This document shows, one piece after another, positions 10,493 to 19,684 of a DNA stretch of 64,000 nt. The stretch's first letter is position 1. The number at the start of each line of letters is the position of its first letter. A model generated the notes under the pieces. The model searched no databases. It was not told where the DNA came from and saw nothing but the letters and a program-made list of their open reading frames with translations. Origin of the DNA: an uncultured Gammaproteobacteria bacterium (lineage in GTDB: Bacteria; Pseudomonadota; Gammaproteobacteria; JABCZS01); assembly GCA_963848305.1 (NCBI GenBank), contig CAWKDC010000001.1, positions 544,001-608,000 on the forward strand, written 5' to 3'. The position numbers and the translations under genes are program-made.

Positions 10493-11206
10493 ATGATATG
10501 CTACAATTCCTGTATGGAAACCAAGACACTGATACAGATTATCTTGCTACTGTCTGCAGGGAGGGTGCTTGCTGTATTCTCCCTAGAAGCCTTTTGTAAA
10601 ACAAGCTGGGCCAAAGCTTGGCAGATTTACCCTGTGCGCCCCATCCCCCATCGGCGCCTTGAAGTGTTGATGTACATCACCGGTGTCATGATAGAAGCTG
10701 GGCTCTTAATATTGACCTTACAATACTCGGTGATCACATTTCATTCACCTTCTCTCTGGGGCATTCCTGTACTGATACTGTCGTTTGCGTTGATCGTTGA
10801 ACCCATTTACTATGGTTACCATCGTTTGTTACACACGAAATGGCTGTATAAACACTACCACATCCACCACCATAGAACCACCGTGCCTAAACCTTTGTCA
10901 GGGTTTTATTTTACACTGACAGAGCGTCTCTCCTACACAGCGTTGTTCGTGCTGCCTATTTATATATTATCATCCTTTCAGTTACTGTCCATTCCTTTAT
11001 TATTTTTTTATGTCATCGGGTTTGATATCATCAATGCATTGGGACATACCAACGTTAAAATATTTTCAGACAAATATGAACAATCGATCACACATTTATT
11101 TTTTTATTCGCCGCGTTTTCATGGTGATCACCACAAATATTTTCGCACCAATTACTCATTATTCATGCCGATTTGGGATAAGTTGTTTAAAACCTATCGT
11201 TCATAA
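10493..11206 (+). CDS. Fatty acid hydroxylase/sterol desaturase superfamily di-iron enzyme, CER1/CER3-like
   Basis: His boxes HRLLH, HIHHH, GHTN, HGDHH; C-terminal FRTNYSLFMPIWD; alternative start 10514. Confidence 0.85.
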   Translation: MICYNSCMETKTLIQIILLLSAGRVLAVFSLEAFCKTSWAKAWQIYPVRPIPHRRLEVLMYITGVMIEAGLLILTLQYSVITFHSPSLWGIPVLILSFALIVEPIYYGYHRLLHTKWLYKHYHIHHHRTTVPKPLSGFYFTLTERLSYTALFVLPIYILSSFQLLSIPLLFFYVIGFDIINALGHTNVKIFSDKYEQSITHLFFYSPRFHGDHHKYFRTNYSLFMPIWDKLFKTYRS

Positions 11207-12262
11207 AATGCTTTATCGATATAATTTAATGTTTTTTCCAATAATTCACTGACATTCATGCAAGTCAGCTGATACTGCGTTAAACAGTGTTGAGTATATT
11301 CATTTGAAAACTGTGGGTTCTGAGACATATACGATTGATAAGGTGCCTGCGGCCTGTACAATGTATCGCCCTTGTCGGGTCAACGAAAAAAATTGCTTTA
11401 CAATATCCCAAGTCCAAGGAGGGATGATGATCGTCTTCAAATGATATATCTGTTTAAATAGGCGAAGTTCTTCCCCCACAGTCATTTCATGTCCCAGTCC
11501 ACAGGTTAAATGAAACACATGTCCGATAGCCGTTGAATCCATTAACAAATAAAACATAGCCTGGGCAACATAATCTACCCCGACCATGTCTAATCGACAA
11601 TCAGTATTGCAGGGGAAAAACTTGGGTTGACATTTTTTCACCACTTGCACCAGCGGGAAAATAACATTGCTGCGTGTCACCACGCCCGTCTGACTGTTCC
11701 CTAAAATAATAGAGGGACGAAAAATGATCACGGGTAATGTACCTTTAACCGCATGAACAAGCGCTTCTGCTGCAAATTTTGTCGATTCATAATGATTTTT
11801 AAACCCATGATCCGCGGTAAGATCGTTTTCAGTCACCACGCCCCGACATTTTCCTGCAACATATGCCGTGCTGACATGTCCATACACGTGAAAAGTTGGA
11901 TTCAACGTGTGGCAGGTCTTCGCAAAGTTCAACACGTTTTTCGTGCCCGTCACATTGATTTTTTCGAGTATTGCCTTTGGTTTTTCAAATTGAACCATGG
12001 CTGCGGTATGAACAACATGTGTTATTTTTTGAGCCAGTTCTTTGTATGCCTCATCGGTCAAACCCAGGTTATCTTGAGTGATATCTCCCCGAATAATACA
12101 AACCCGCTCATCTTTGAGTAGACGTCGCTCTGCTGATATGTTTCCTTGATCACGAACCAAACAGTAACATTGCGCAAAAGGATCCCGCTCTAATACGGTG
12201 CGCAGGAATTCACCACCTAAAAAGCCAGTAGCACCCGTGATAAAATAGTGATGAGTTGGCAT
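11194..12262 (-). CDS. Fatty-acyl-CoA/thioester reductase-type extended SDR (NAD_binding_4), apparent +1 frameshift near 11345
   Basis: ITGATGFLG, GDIT..NLGL, HVSTAYVAG, YESTK, FRPSII. ORF track stops at 11300; removing one G gives ...AAAPYQSYMSQNPQFSNEYTQHCL...YER* ending at 11194. Confidence 0.82.
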
Positions 12263-12270
12263 GAACAGCC

Positions 12271-15200
12271 CTATTGTTTAAGAAGCCAGATATACAAAAC
12301 AGGGACAACACCCAATGTGAGTACTGTCGCGACAGTCAAGCCGAAAGCGATGACGCATGCCATGCCGTACCACATGTCACCACCGAAAAGAATCAAAGGC
12401 ACCAACCCCAAAACGGTGGTTAATGATGTCATGAGGATTGGACGGAAACGACGCATACAAGCAGTCACTATCGCTTGATGAGGTGATTGGCCCGCGCGCA
12501 ACTCTTCATCTGCCTGATCGATCAGCACAATGGCGTTGTTCACCAAAATGCCGCCCAGTGACATGAACCCCAGGATCGCAACAAACCCAAATGTTGCCTT
12601 CATCAAAACCAAGCCTAGCACACCCCCAATCATTAACAAGGGCAATGTTAAAAACACAATGCCCGCTCGCTTGACCGAATTGAATTGCCAAGTTAATAAA
12701 ATGAAACCAAGCACCAAACACAGCGGTAAATACGCAAACAAAGCACGTTGCGCTTTGACAGAATCTTCCACTTCGCCGCCCCATGCATAATGATACCCCG
12801 CTGGCAATGAGGCCTTCTTCAGTAAAGGCAACATCTCATCGCGCAATTCAACGGCATACATATTGGGATTGCGCGCACTGACAGTGATTGTATGTTCAAA
12901 ATTCCGGCGCTTTAATTGTCCGAATTTCCATGCGGGCACAAATTGGGCAATTTGTAATAACGGCACACTTTTACCTGTCGCATTAGAATAAACATTAACG
13001 GTACGAAGATTGTCAATTTCCCCTCGCTCGGTACCCTGGGCACGCAATACCACAGGAATGATCTTGTCATGTTCGTAATAATCGGTGACGGCATATCCTG
13101 AATAAAATGCATTGAGAGATAAGGCCACATCCACCGGTGTCATGGCATTCCGACCGGCTTGAGTGGCATCGATGTCGACAAAAACAGTCGCTGTTTTATT
13201 CCCCCAATCATCTTCAATGGACACGGTGCCTGGAATACTTTGAAAAAGCCCTTTCGCTTGATCGGCTAAAGCGTACAACACATTGGGATCAGTACCGCTG
13301 ATCCGCAATTGCACCACACCTGTTTCAGAAGGACCCAAAAATAATTTTTTCACATCCGCATTAGCATCGGGTAAATTTTCAAGCACGTAGCGTTGTGTTT
13401 TTTTGATCAAAGCATCAACCTCGTTGATATCTTTGACATCAACCAACACGAATGCACGGTGTGGGTCTGGATCAAACGGAGATAATGACAAAAAGAAACG
13501 TGGACCGCCTTCACCGACATAAGCTACCGTATCGAGGACATCTGGATTTTCTTTTTTATCCAATAACCAATTGTTTAATGTTTGAACGACTTTTTCAGTT
13601 TGTTTGATGCTAGCGCCACGCGCTAAGTCCAAATAAATTGTATATTGCGCACGATCAGAGGGTGGAAAAAATTGCCGCGGCACCGTTTTCATCAACAAAA
13701 ATGACAATGCAAACATCACTCCCATCGTCATCATAAACACTTTTGCATGTGCCAACACCCACTCAAGCGCCGTGTGATAAATCGTATAAAAACGCGTGGG
13801 ATGTGTGATCGAATCTTCTTCAAAGCCTGTATCTGGAACGCGCATGAAATAAAAACATGCCAATGGTACAATTGTCACAGCGAGAAACCACGAACCTAAT
13901 AAAGTGATACTGACGACTTGCGAGATCGCGTATGTGTATTCTCCGGCACGGTGCTCAGCCAGCATGAGGGGTAAAAAAGCCAATATGGTAGTGAGTGATG
14001 AAGTTAATAATGGGATCAATAAACTGTCGCCTGAATGAATGCAGGCATCCATTCGGGGTTCACCGCGTTGCAAACGAGTCCTAATATCTTCTGCAACAAC
14101 AATGCCATTATCGACCAACAATCCGAGTGAAATGATCAATGCTGCAATGGATACACGGTGCAACGGAATTCCCAACACATACATGACAATCAAGGTGACT
14201 AATAACGTTAATGGAACGTTCAAACCGACAATCAAACCCGTGCGCAAACCTAAAAAGATAATGACGACACCCAACACAATCGCCAAGGTTTGGTACAAAT
14301 TCCCAGTGAATTCGCCCATGCTGGCAGCCACCCAATCCCCTTGAAACGTGGCAAATGCCAATTGATATCCAATCGGCAGCTGTGCTTCGATATTTTTTAC
14401 TGAATCGACAAGACGGTCGCTCAGTTCTAATATATTCATGCCTTCTGTCATGGATATCGCAATCATGATGGCTGGGCGATTGTTCCACAACGCTGCCGTT
14501 TTAGGCGGATCCTGATATTCACGTGTCACATCGACAACATCTCGCAAATAGAACACATGGCCATTGGATGGATTGGTGATTTGTAAATCACCTATATCTT
14601 CAAGTGTCATGAAGTGACCCGACGGCTCAATGACCAATGTTCTGTCCATCACTTCCATTTTGCCACCTGGCAATAATGTATTGGAAGCTCGCAAAGTCTG
14701 AACCAATACCTGCGGTGATATTCCATATTCTGCCAATCGGGCATTGGAAAAATTCAAATAGATGGTTTCATCTTCAACGCCATATAAGGTGACTTTTTTA
14801 ATCCCTTTGATATTGTACAAACTGCGTCGAATATCCAATGCCGTATCGTGCATTTGTGCGGGCGTAAAGCCATCACTGGTCAATGCAATCGTTGCCACGG
14901 TTACATCGCCGTAATCATCATTGACAAACGGCCCTTTCACGCCTGCCGGCAAAGTGTTACTCACAGACTCTACTTTATTGCGCAATTCATCCCAAATCGG
15001 TTGCAAATCAAAATAACGATCGTAGACCGTCACGTGAATGATAGACATATCTGTTCGAGAAGAGGAGCGGATATATTCGACTTCAGGAATTTCACGAATT
15101 TTTTCTTCAAGCGGACGCGTGACCAAATCTTCAATACGCTCTGCTGACATCCCAGGATAAAACGTTGTGACCACGGCTTCACGGATTGTGAAGGAGGGAT

Positions 15201-15309
15201 CTTCTTGGCTGGGAAAATGCCAGTAGGCCCAAATACCCAAGACCAAAGTCAGCACTAAGACGACTGAAAAAAGCGCGGTATTTTTTAACGCGAACCGGGT
15301 GAGTGTCAT
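12271..15309 (-). CDS. RND efflux transporter permease subunit (AcrB/AcrD/AcrF family)
   Basis: EDP.FTIR, GLLVDNGIVV, GILVNNAIVL, RFRPILMTSLTT; start at MTLTRFALKN. Confidence 0.93.
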   Translation of the reverse strand: MTLTRFALKNTALFSVVLVLTLVLGIWAYWHFPSQEDPSFTIREAVVTTFYPGMSAERIEDLVTRPLEEKIREIPEVEYIRSSSRTDMSIIHVTVYDRYFDLQPIWDELRNKVESVSNTLPAGVKGPFVNDDYGDVTVATIALTSDGFTPAQMHDTALDIRRSLYNIKGIKKVTLYGVEDETIYLNFSNARLAEYGISPQVLVQTLRASNTLLPGGKMEVMDRTLVIEPSGHFMTLEDIGDLQITNPSNGHVFYLRDVVDVTREYQDPPKTAALWNNRPAIMIAISMTEGMNILELSDRLVDSVKNIEAQLPIGYQLAFATFQGDWVAASMGEFTGNLYQTLAIVLGVVIIFLGLRTGLIVGLNVPLTLLVTLIVMYVLGIPLHRVSIAALIISLGLLVDNGIVVAEDIRTRLQRGEPRMDACIHSGDSLLIPLLTSSLTTILAFLPLMLAEHRAGEYTYAISQVVSITLLGSWFLAVTIVPLACFYFMRVPDTGFEEDSITHPTRFYTIYHTALEWVLAHAKVFMMTMGVMFALSFLLMKTVPRQFFPPSDRAQYTIYLDLARGASIKQTEKVVQTLNNWLLDKKENPDVLDTVAYVGEGGPRFFLSLSPFDPDPHRAFVLVDVKDINEVDALIKKTQRYVLENLPDANADVKKLFLGPSETGVVQLRISGTDPNVLYALADQAKGLFQSIPGTVSIEDDWGNKTATVFVDIDATQAGRNAMTPVDVALSLNAFYSGYAVTDYYEHDKIIPVVLRAQGTERGEIDNLRTVNVYSNATGKSVPLLQIAQFVPAWKFGQLKRRNFEHTITVSARNPNMYAVELRDEMLPLLKKASLPAGYHYAWGGEVEDSVKAQRALFAYLPLCLVLGFILLTWQFNSVKRAGIVFLTLPLLMIGGVLGLVLMKATFGFVAILGFMSLGGILVNNAIVLIDQADEELRAGQSPHQAIVTACMRRFRPILMTSLTTVLGLVPLILFGGDMWYGMACVIAFGLTVATVLTLGVVPVLYIWLLKQ

Positions 15310-15310
15310 A

Positions 15311-16387
15311 TCAATGCCCTTTGTATAAAGTGACTGATTGGCCGTCAGTGAGGAAATGCACGCCCGCTGTGGCGATAATATCACCGGGTTGCAAACCAGC
15401 AGTCACCTCGACACTGTTGGCGCGAATATCTTTTACAGATACTAGTGTTTTTTTCACAGTTTCTGATTCGGGGTGATAGACAAACACATACGCTTGGCCT
15501 GCATTATCAGCAGGAGCCATGGCTGACGCGGGGATCAAATAACTCTGCGCACCAGATTCGCCCCCCCATTCAAACCACACTTCAGCAGTCAAACCGGGGT
15601 ACAACCCTTCCGTCTGATTCACTTTGATTTTAGTCACAAAAGCATTACCTTCTTCTGTGGAAGCAGCCAATTCAACGACTTCACCGCTGCGACGCTCTTG
15701 ATTAATACTGGGAAATAATACTTGAACAGGAGATCCGAGTTTGACAGCCTGACGCAAACTTTCAGGCAAGGCCACAGAGACTTCAAAACCTTCTTTGCCC
15801 AATAAACGGAATAATGCTTGCCCCGCCACCACATTCATGCCCGCATCGACTTGGCGTGCAGCAATATCCCCCATAAAGGGGGCTTTCAAGACGGTATGTT
15901 CTACATCACGCAAAGCCAACGCTTCTTTTGCATTGGCAGCCTCGAGGTTTTGTTGCGCTGCTTCATATTCGGCAGTGGCGGCATCCATCATGGTTTTGGC
16001 AATAAATTTCTTTTCAAATAACGTCAACTTGGCGTCATAATCCGCTTTTTTTTGCGCCAAAACCGCGCTGGCTTTCGTGACTTCCGCTTTTGCTGCATCC
16101 ACATTCAATTGATAAGGTTTACTGTCCAATGTGGCTAATATTTGACCCGCTTGAACTGTGTCACCCGAAACCACGTACACGGATGCCACGTGCCCAGCAA
16201 CTTGAAACGATAATTCGGCTTCTTGACCAGCCTCAACCACCCCTGAAATACGGCGCATTTGTCCTTTCCCAGGTTCAGAGACTTCGATATATTGAATGGC
16301 ACGACGGGGAATATCTTTTTCTGATTTTCCACAAGATAATAATAAAAGAATAATAAACGGAAATATCCATTTCTTCATGATGCGCAA
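15311..16387 (-). CDS. RND efflux periplasmic adaptor (membrane fusion protein), probable lipoprotein
   Basis: LLSC lipobox, LSFQVAGHV..V.V..GD.V..GQ lipoyl half-motif, LKAPF.G, GLQPGD. Confidence 0.92.
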   Translation of the reverse strand: MRIMKKWIFPFIILLLLSCGKSEKDIPRRAIQYIEVSEPGKGQMRRISGVVEAGQEAELSFQVAGHVASVYVVSGDTVQAGQILATLDSKPYQLNVDAAKAEVTKASAVLAQKKADYDAKLTLFEKKFIAKTMMDAATAEYEAAQQNLEAANAKEALALRDVEHTVLKAPFMGDIAARQVDAGMNVVAGQALFRLLGKEGFEVSVALPESLRQAVKLGSPVQVLFPSINQERRSGEVVELAASTEEGNAFVTKIKVNQTEGLYPGLTAEVWFEWGGESGAQSYLIPASAMAPADNAGQAYVFVYHPESETVKKTLVSVKDIRANSVEVTAGLQPGDIIATAGVHFLTDGQSVTLYKGH

Positions 16388-16398
16388 CCCGCTGCAGT

Positions 16399-16818
16399 TT
16401 AGGAGACTACGTGCAGTTTCACTGAAGATGACAAAAAAGTCAATCGTCCTTGCGCATTCACGTAAAATCTGACGATATCACTCAGCTCACCTAAGGGTTT
16501 GAAACACATTTTCAAATCATTGCGATGTGCAGGATGATTGATTTTAACACCAGACTGTTCCAATGCTTTGGCCAAGCGTGCGAGGATCAACGCATTGTCC
16601 GCTTCGGGATTGATGCGCACATGGTTGAACTCGAATAATCGTCCTGTCAACATTTTGACAGGATCGGTGATGTGTCGCAAACGATTTTGTGAAAGTGATT
16701 CGATACACCCACATTCGACGACTTCTAACCCAGGTCCAAGGACAAACTCGTAAAAAGTGGCACTCACTTCTTCCGTCAGCAGGGTTGAATTTATGACTAG
16801 TTCAGTTGCTTGTTTCAT
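16399..16818 (-). CDS. Hypothetical protein
   Basis: 139-aa ORF with GAGGGG SD, co-oriented between nadE and the RND adaptor; no recognised motif. Confidence 0.6.
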   Translation of the reverse strand: MKQATELVINSTLLTEEVSATFYEFVLGPGLEVVECGCIESLSQNRLRHITDPVKMLTGRLFEFNHVRINPEADNALILARLAKALEQSGVKINHPAHRNDLKMCFKPLGELSDIVRFYVNAQGRLTFLSSSVKLHVVS

Positions 16819-16863
16819 ACCCCCTCTTATCGGGAAGGGGAAACGAAACTTTAGGTTCCGCCT

Positions 16864-18450
16864 TTATCCTTTGAACCCATTCGTCATGGCATAGCGTCTA
16901 TCCCGCCCAAATGCCAATGTGGTGACTTTAGGGCCAGGAGGCGCTTGTTGGCGTTTGTATTCGTTTCGATACAACATATTGATAATCCTTGAAATATCAA
17001 TGTCGAGGTCGCTGGCAGCGACTATCTCAGAGAGATCTTCTCCGCCCTCAATATGCGCTTTTAAAATGGCATCCAAAACTGGATAAGGCGGCAAGTCATC
17101 GACATCTTCCTGATCCGGCGCCAATTCAGCGCTGGGCGGACGGGTGATCACGACATCTGGAATGATGGGTGAAACGCCATTACGATAACGCACTAAACGA
17201 TAAACATCTGTCTTATAGACATCCTTCAATGGTGCAAAGCCACCGCACATATCCCCATACAACGTGGTGTAGCCCACCGCAAATTCACTCTTATTGCCCG
17301 TGCTGATCAGCATGGCACCGATTTGGTTCGATACCCCCATCATCAGCATCCCGCGTGCACGGGACTGAATATTTTGTAGGGTAATGGATGACAGATCACC
17401 CAAAGCAGAGGATAATGCCCCATTCACCGCGCTGACTACCGTGTCAATAGGCACAATTTTCAGAGGAATACCCAGGGTATCACATTGTGCTTGTGCACCC
17501 TTCAAACTGATATCGCGCGAATAGATCGAGGGCAAATAGATAGGATGAACGGCTGAGGATCCCAATGCATCACTTAAAATCGCCAATGTCAGGGCAGAAT
17601 CAATGCCACCAGACAATCCCAGTACAACGGAGTGAAACCCATTTTTCACACAATAATCACGTGTGGCCAGTACAATCGCACGATACATAAGCTCAGGCGT
17701 GCTCGGTTCTGGCGTGATCGTGCCCATTTCGCCCAATGTGATAGGCCACAAACATGACTCGAACCATGGCGCTTGTGAGATACAGTTGCCTGTTTTGTCG
17801 AATGCACAAGAGCCGCCGTCAAACACCAATTGATCTTGCCCACCGACCAAATTCACATAAACAATGGGATGTTCTAAATAAGCTGCTGCTTCCGCCAAAA
17901 TCTCGTGGCGCAAGCGAGGCTTTTCATCTGAAAAGGGTGAGGCATTGGGGACCAACAACACATCAACCTTTAAACGTTTTACTTTTTCAAGGGTTTCGTT
18001 ATGCCAAATATCCTCACATATCACCACTGCGTAGCGCACTCCTTTCAAAGTGAACATAACATCCTGTGAGCCGGGCTTGAAATAGCGGTATTCATCAAAC
18101 ACTTGGGTATTTGGGAGACACTGCTTGCAATAGCGCGCGATCAGAGATTGGTGATCAAACACGCTCACAGCATTGTACAGTGCGCCATCATGACGATAAG
18201 GGTGCCCCACCACCACCGCAATCCCCGTGGCGGCACGCTCGACTTGAGAAAGCGCTTGATCCACTTCGTCCAAATAAGCTTCACGGTACAAGATATCTTC
18301 CGGCGGATAGCCTGTGAGGGACAATTCAGGGAAGACAATGATGTCTGCGCCAGCTTCTCGAGCAGATGCTATTGCCGCTAAGATGGCGTGCGTGTTCCCG
18401 GCAGTATCGCCCACACAGAAATTGATTTGTGCACACATAATTGTCGTCAT
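16864..18450 (-). CDS. nadE: Glutamine-dependent NAD+ synthetase
   Basis: N-terminal nitrilase domain (FPELSLTGYPPED, ICEDIW) plus LGLSGGIDS, GNKSE, PPSAEL. Confidence 0.96.
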   Translation of the reverse strand: MTTIMCAQINFCVGDTAGNTHAILAAIASAREAGADIIVFPELSLTGYPPEDILYREAYLDEVDQALSQVERAATGIAVVVGHPYRHDGALYNAVSVFDHQSLIARYCKQCLPNTQVFDEYRYFKPGSQDVMFTLKGVRYAVVICEDIWHNETLEKVKRLKVDVLLVPNASPFSDEKPRLRHEILAEAAAYLEHPIVYVNLVGGQDQLVFDGGSCAFDKTGNCISQAPWFESCLWPITLGEMGTITPEPSTPELMYRAIVLATRDYCVKNGFHSVVLGLSGGIDSALTLAILSDALGSSAVHPIYLPSIYSRDISLKGAQAQCDTLGIPLKIVPIDTVVSAVNGALSSALGDLSSITLQNIQSRARGMLMMGVSNQIGAMLISTGNKSEFAVGYTTLYGDMCGGFAPLKDVYKTDVYRLVRYRNGVSPIIPDVVITRPPSAELAPDQEDVDDLPPYPVLDAILKAHIEGGEDLSEIVAASDLDIDISRIINMLYRNEYKRQQAPPGPKVTTLAFGRDRRYAMTNGFKG

Positions 18451-18535
18451 GATGTAACCATTATGCAACAAGATTAATGATATGGCGAGGATTTTATGGT
18501 AATTTATCCTTTCACAATAACAACAAGGTTAACCG

Positions 18536-18964
18536 ATGCGCGGATTCACACTGCTTGAATGCTTGATCGTCTTGACGATAGGCGCCCTGATGTCTGTCAT
18601 GGCCATCAGCTATTGGGATGGGCTATTGGCGAATAAAGCGGTTCAACAAGATGCCCTTTTATTGGCAGATACGTTTCGAACCAGTCAAATGCAGGCCCTG
18701 GCATCACATCAAACGATTCGCATCGTCATGGATGAGGACTCTCTCAAATTGAGTGGTAAAACCCATCTGATCATCCGCGCCTTTCCTGCACACAAACAAG
18801 GGCAATTCACGTTCACTCCTTATGGCATGACTGATTTTCAAAACGCCAGTATTTATGTTTGTTCTAAAACAAGCCCGATCGCGCGGCATTTGCGGGTGAA
18901 TCAAGCGGGGCGTGTGTTGATTGCAGAAGGCAATGCGTATGATCAGTGTGAGATCAGTTCATGA
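18536..18964 (+). CDS. FimT/GspH-like minor type IV pilin
   Basis: MRG|FTLLE prepilin cleavage motif, hydrophobic helix, FTPYG and NQAGRV C-terminal strands. Confidence 0.8.
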   Translation: MRGFTLLECLIVLTIGALMSVMAISYWDGLLANKAVQQDALLLADTFRTSQMQALASHQTIRIVMDEDSLKLSGKTHLIIRAFPAHKQGQFTFTPYGMTDFQNASIYVCSKTSPIARHLRVNQAGRVLIAEGNAYDQCEISS

Positions 18965-19318
18965 GCATACCGTATTGAGATCATGCTGTTCGTTCGTTTC
19001 GTAGGCATCACAGGGTGCATGTTGACGACGTTCAGCGGGACGCAATAATAAACGATACGTGAATGCCGTCGCCTCCGTTTCTAACACATGCGGGGAAGGC
19101 GCCTCCAGTAAGGTGGCACAAACGTCATAATCTCTGCGCTCTGTATAACAGGCCTCAATCTGAGTTTGTAGACTCAGCAATATCGCAAGCCGTTCTCGTG
19201 CACGGGCTTGTTCGATAAACACACCATAATGGGGCACTGCCTGCTGTACAAGCACGCCGACGATGACTAAAATGATAAGAAGCTCTAAAAAGGTGGAGCC
19301 CTGCGAATGATGTTTCAT
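18959..19318 (-). CDS. PilE/ComE-like type IV pilin
   Basis: QG|STFLE with E+5, hydrophobic helix, AVPHY motif, C-terminal Cys pair. Confidence 0.7.
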   Translation of the reverse strand: MKHHSQGSTFLELLIILVIVGVLVQQAVPHYGVFIEQARARERLAILLSLQTQIEACYTERRDYDVCATLLEAPSPHVLETEATAFTYRLLLRPAERRQHAPCDAYETNEQHDLNTVCS

Positions 19319-19383
19319 AAAATGGTACTCATGCTATTATTATGCCCACATCGTAACATATTTAAAGGAATAAGGCTGACCAC

Positions 19384-19629
19384 ATGATAGACATACAAAA
19401 AGCAATGCTTGACCCAACTTCTGTTTTCGCCCATCCTCACGATGTGGTCAACCATCCGGGTTTAACCCGCGAACAAAAAATTGAAATTTTGCGACGCTGG
19501 GCATACGATGCGAAAGAACTTGAAACAGCCACTGATGAAAACATGAACAGTAGCGCCACCACTGAAGATCACCTGGCTGCGATATTGCACGCGCTTCAAG
19601 AATTGGGCGCGGGGTTGATGAAGGGATAA
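19384..19629 (+). CDS. Small hypothetical protein
   Basis: 81 aa, DP.SVF.HP.DVV...LTREQKIEILRRWAYDA; AAGG SD. Confidence 0.7.
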   Translation: MIDIQKAMLDPTSVFAHPHDVVNHPGLTREQKIEILRRWAYDAKELETATDENMNSSATTEDHLAAILHALQELGAGLMKG

Positions 19630-19636
19630 TATTTTT

Positions 19637-19684
19637 GTAGGGGCGCAAGGGCGTTTACCCCGGCTTTCGCCGGGGCGCACCTAC
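19637..19684. repeat. GTAG-type REP-like element with internal GC hairpin (likely bidirectional terminator)
   Basis: GTAGGGGCGCAAGGGCG...CCCCGGC-TTTC-GCCGGGG-CGCACCTAC; CTA at 19681-19683 is the fadD stop. Confidence 0.7.
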
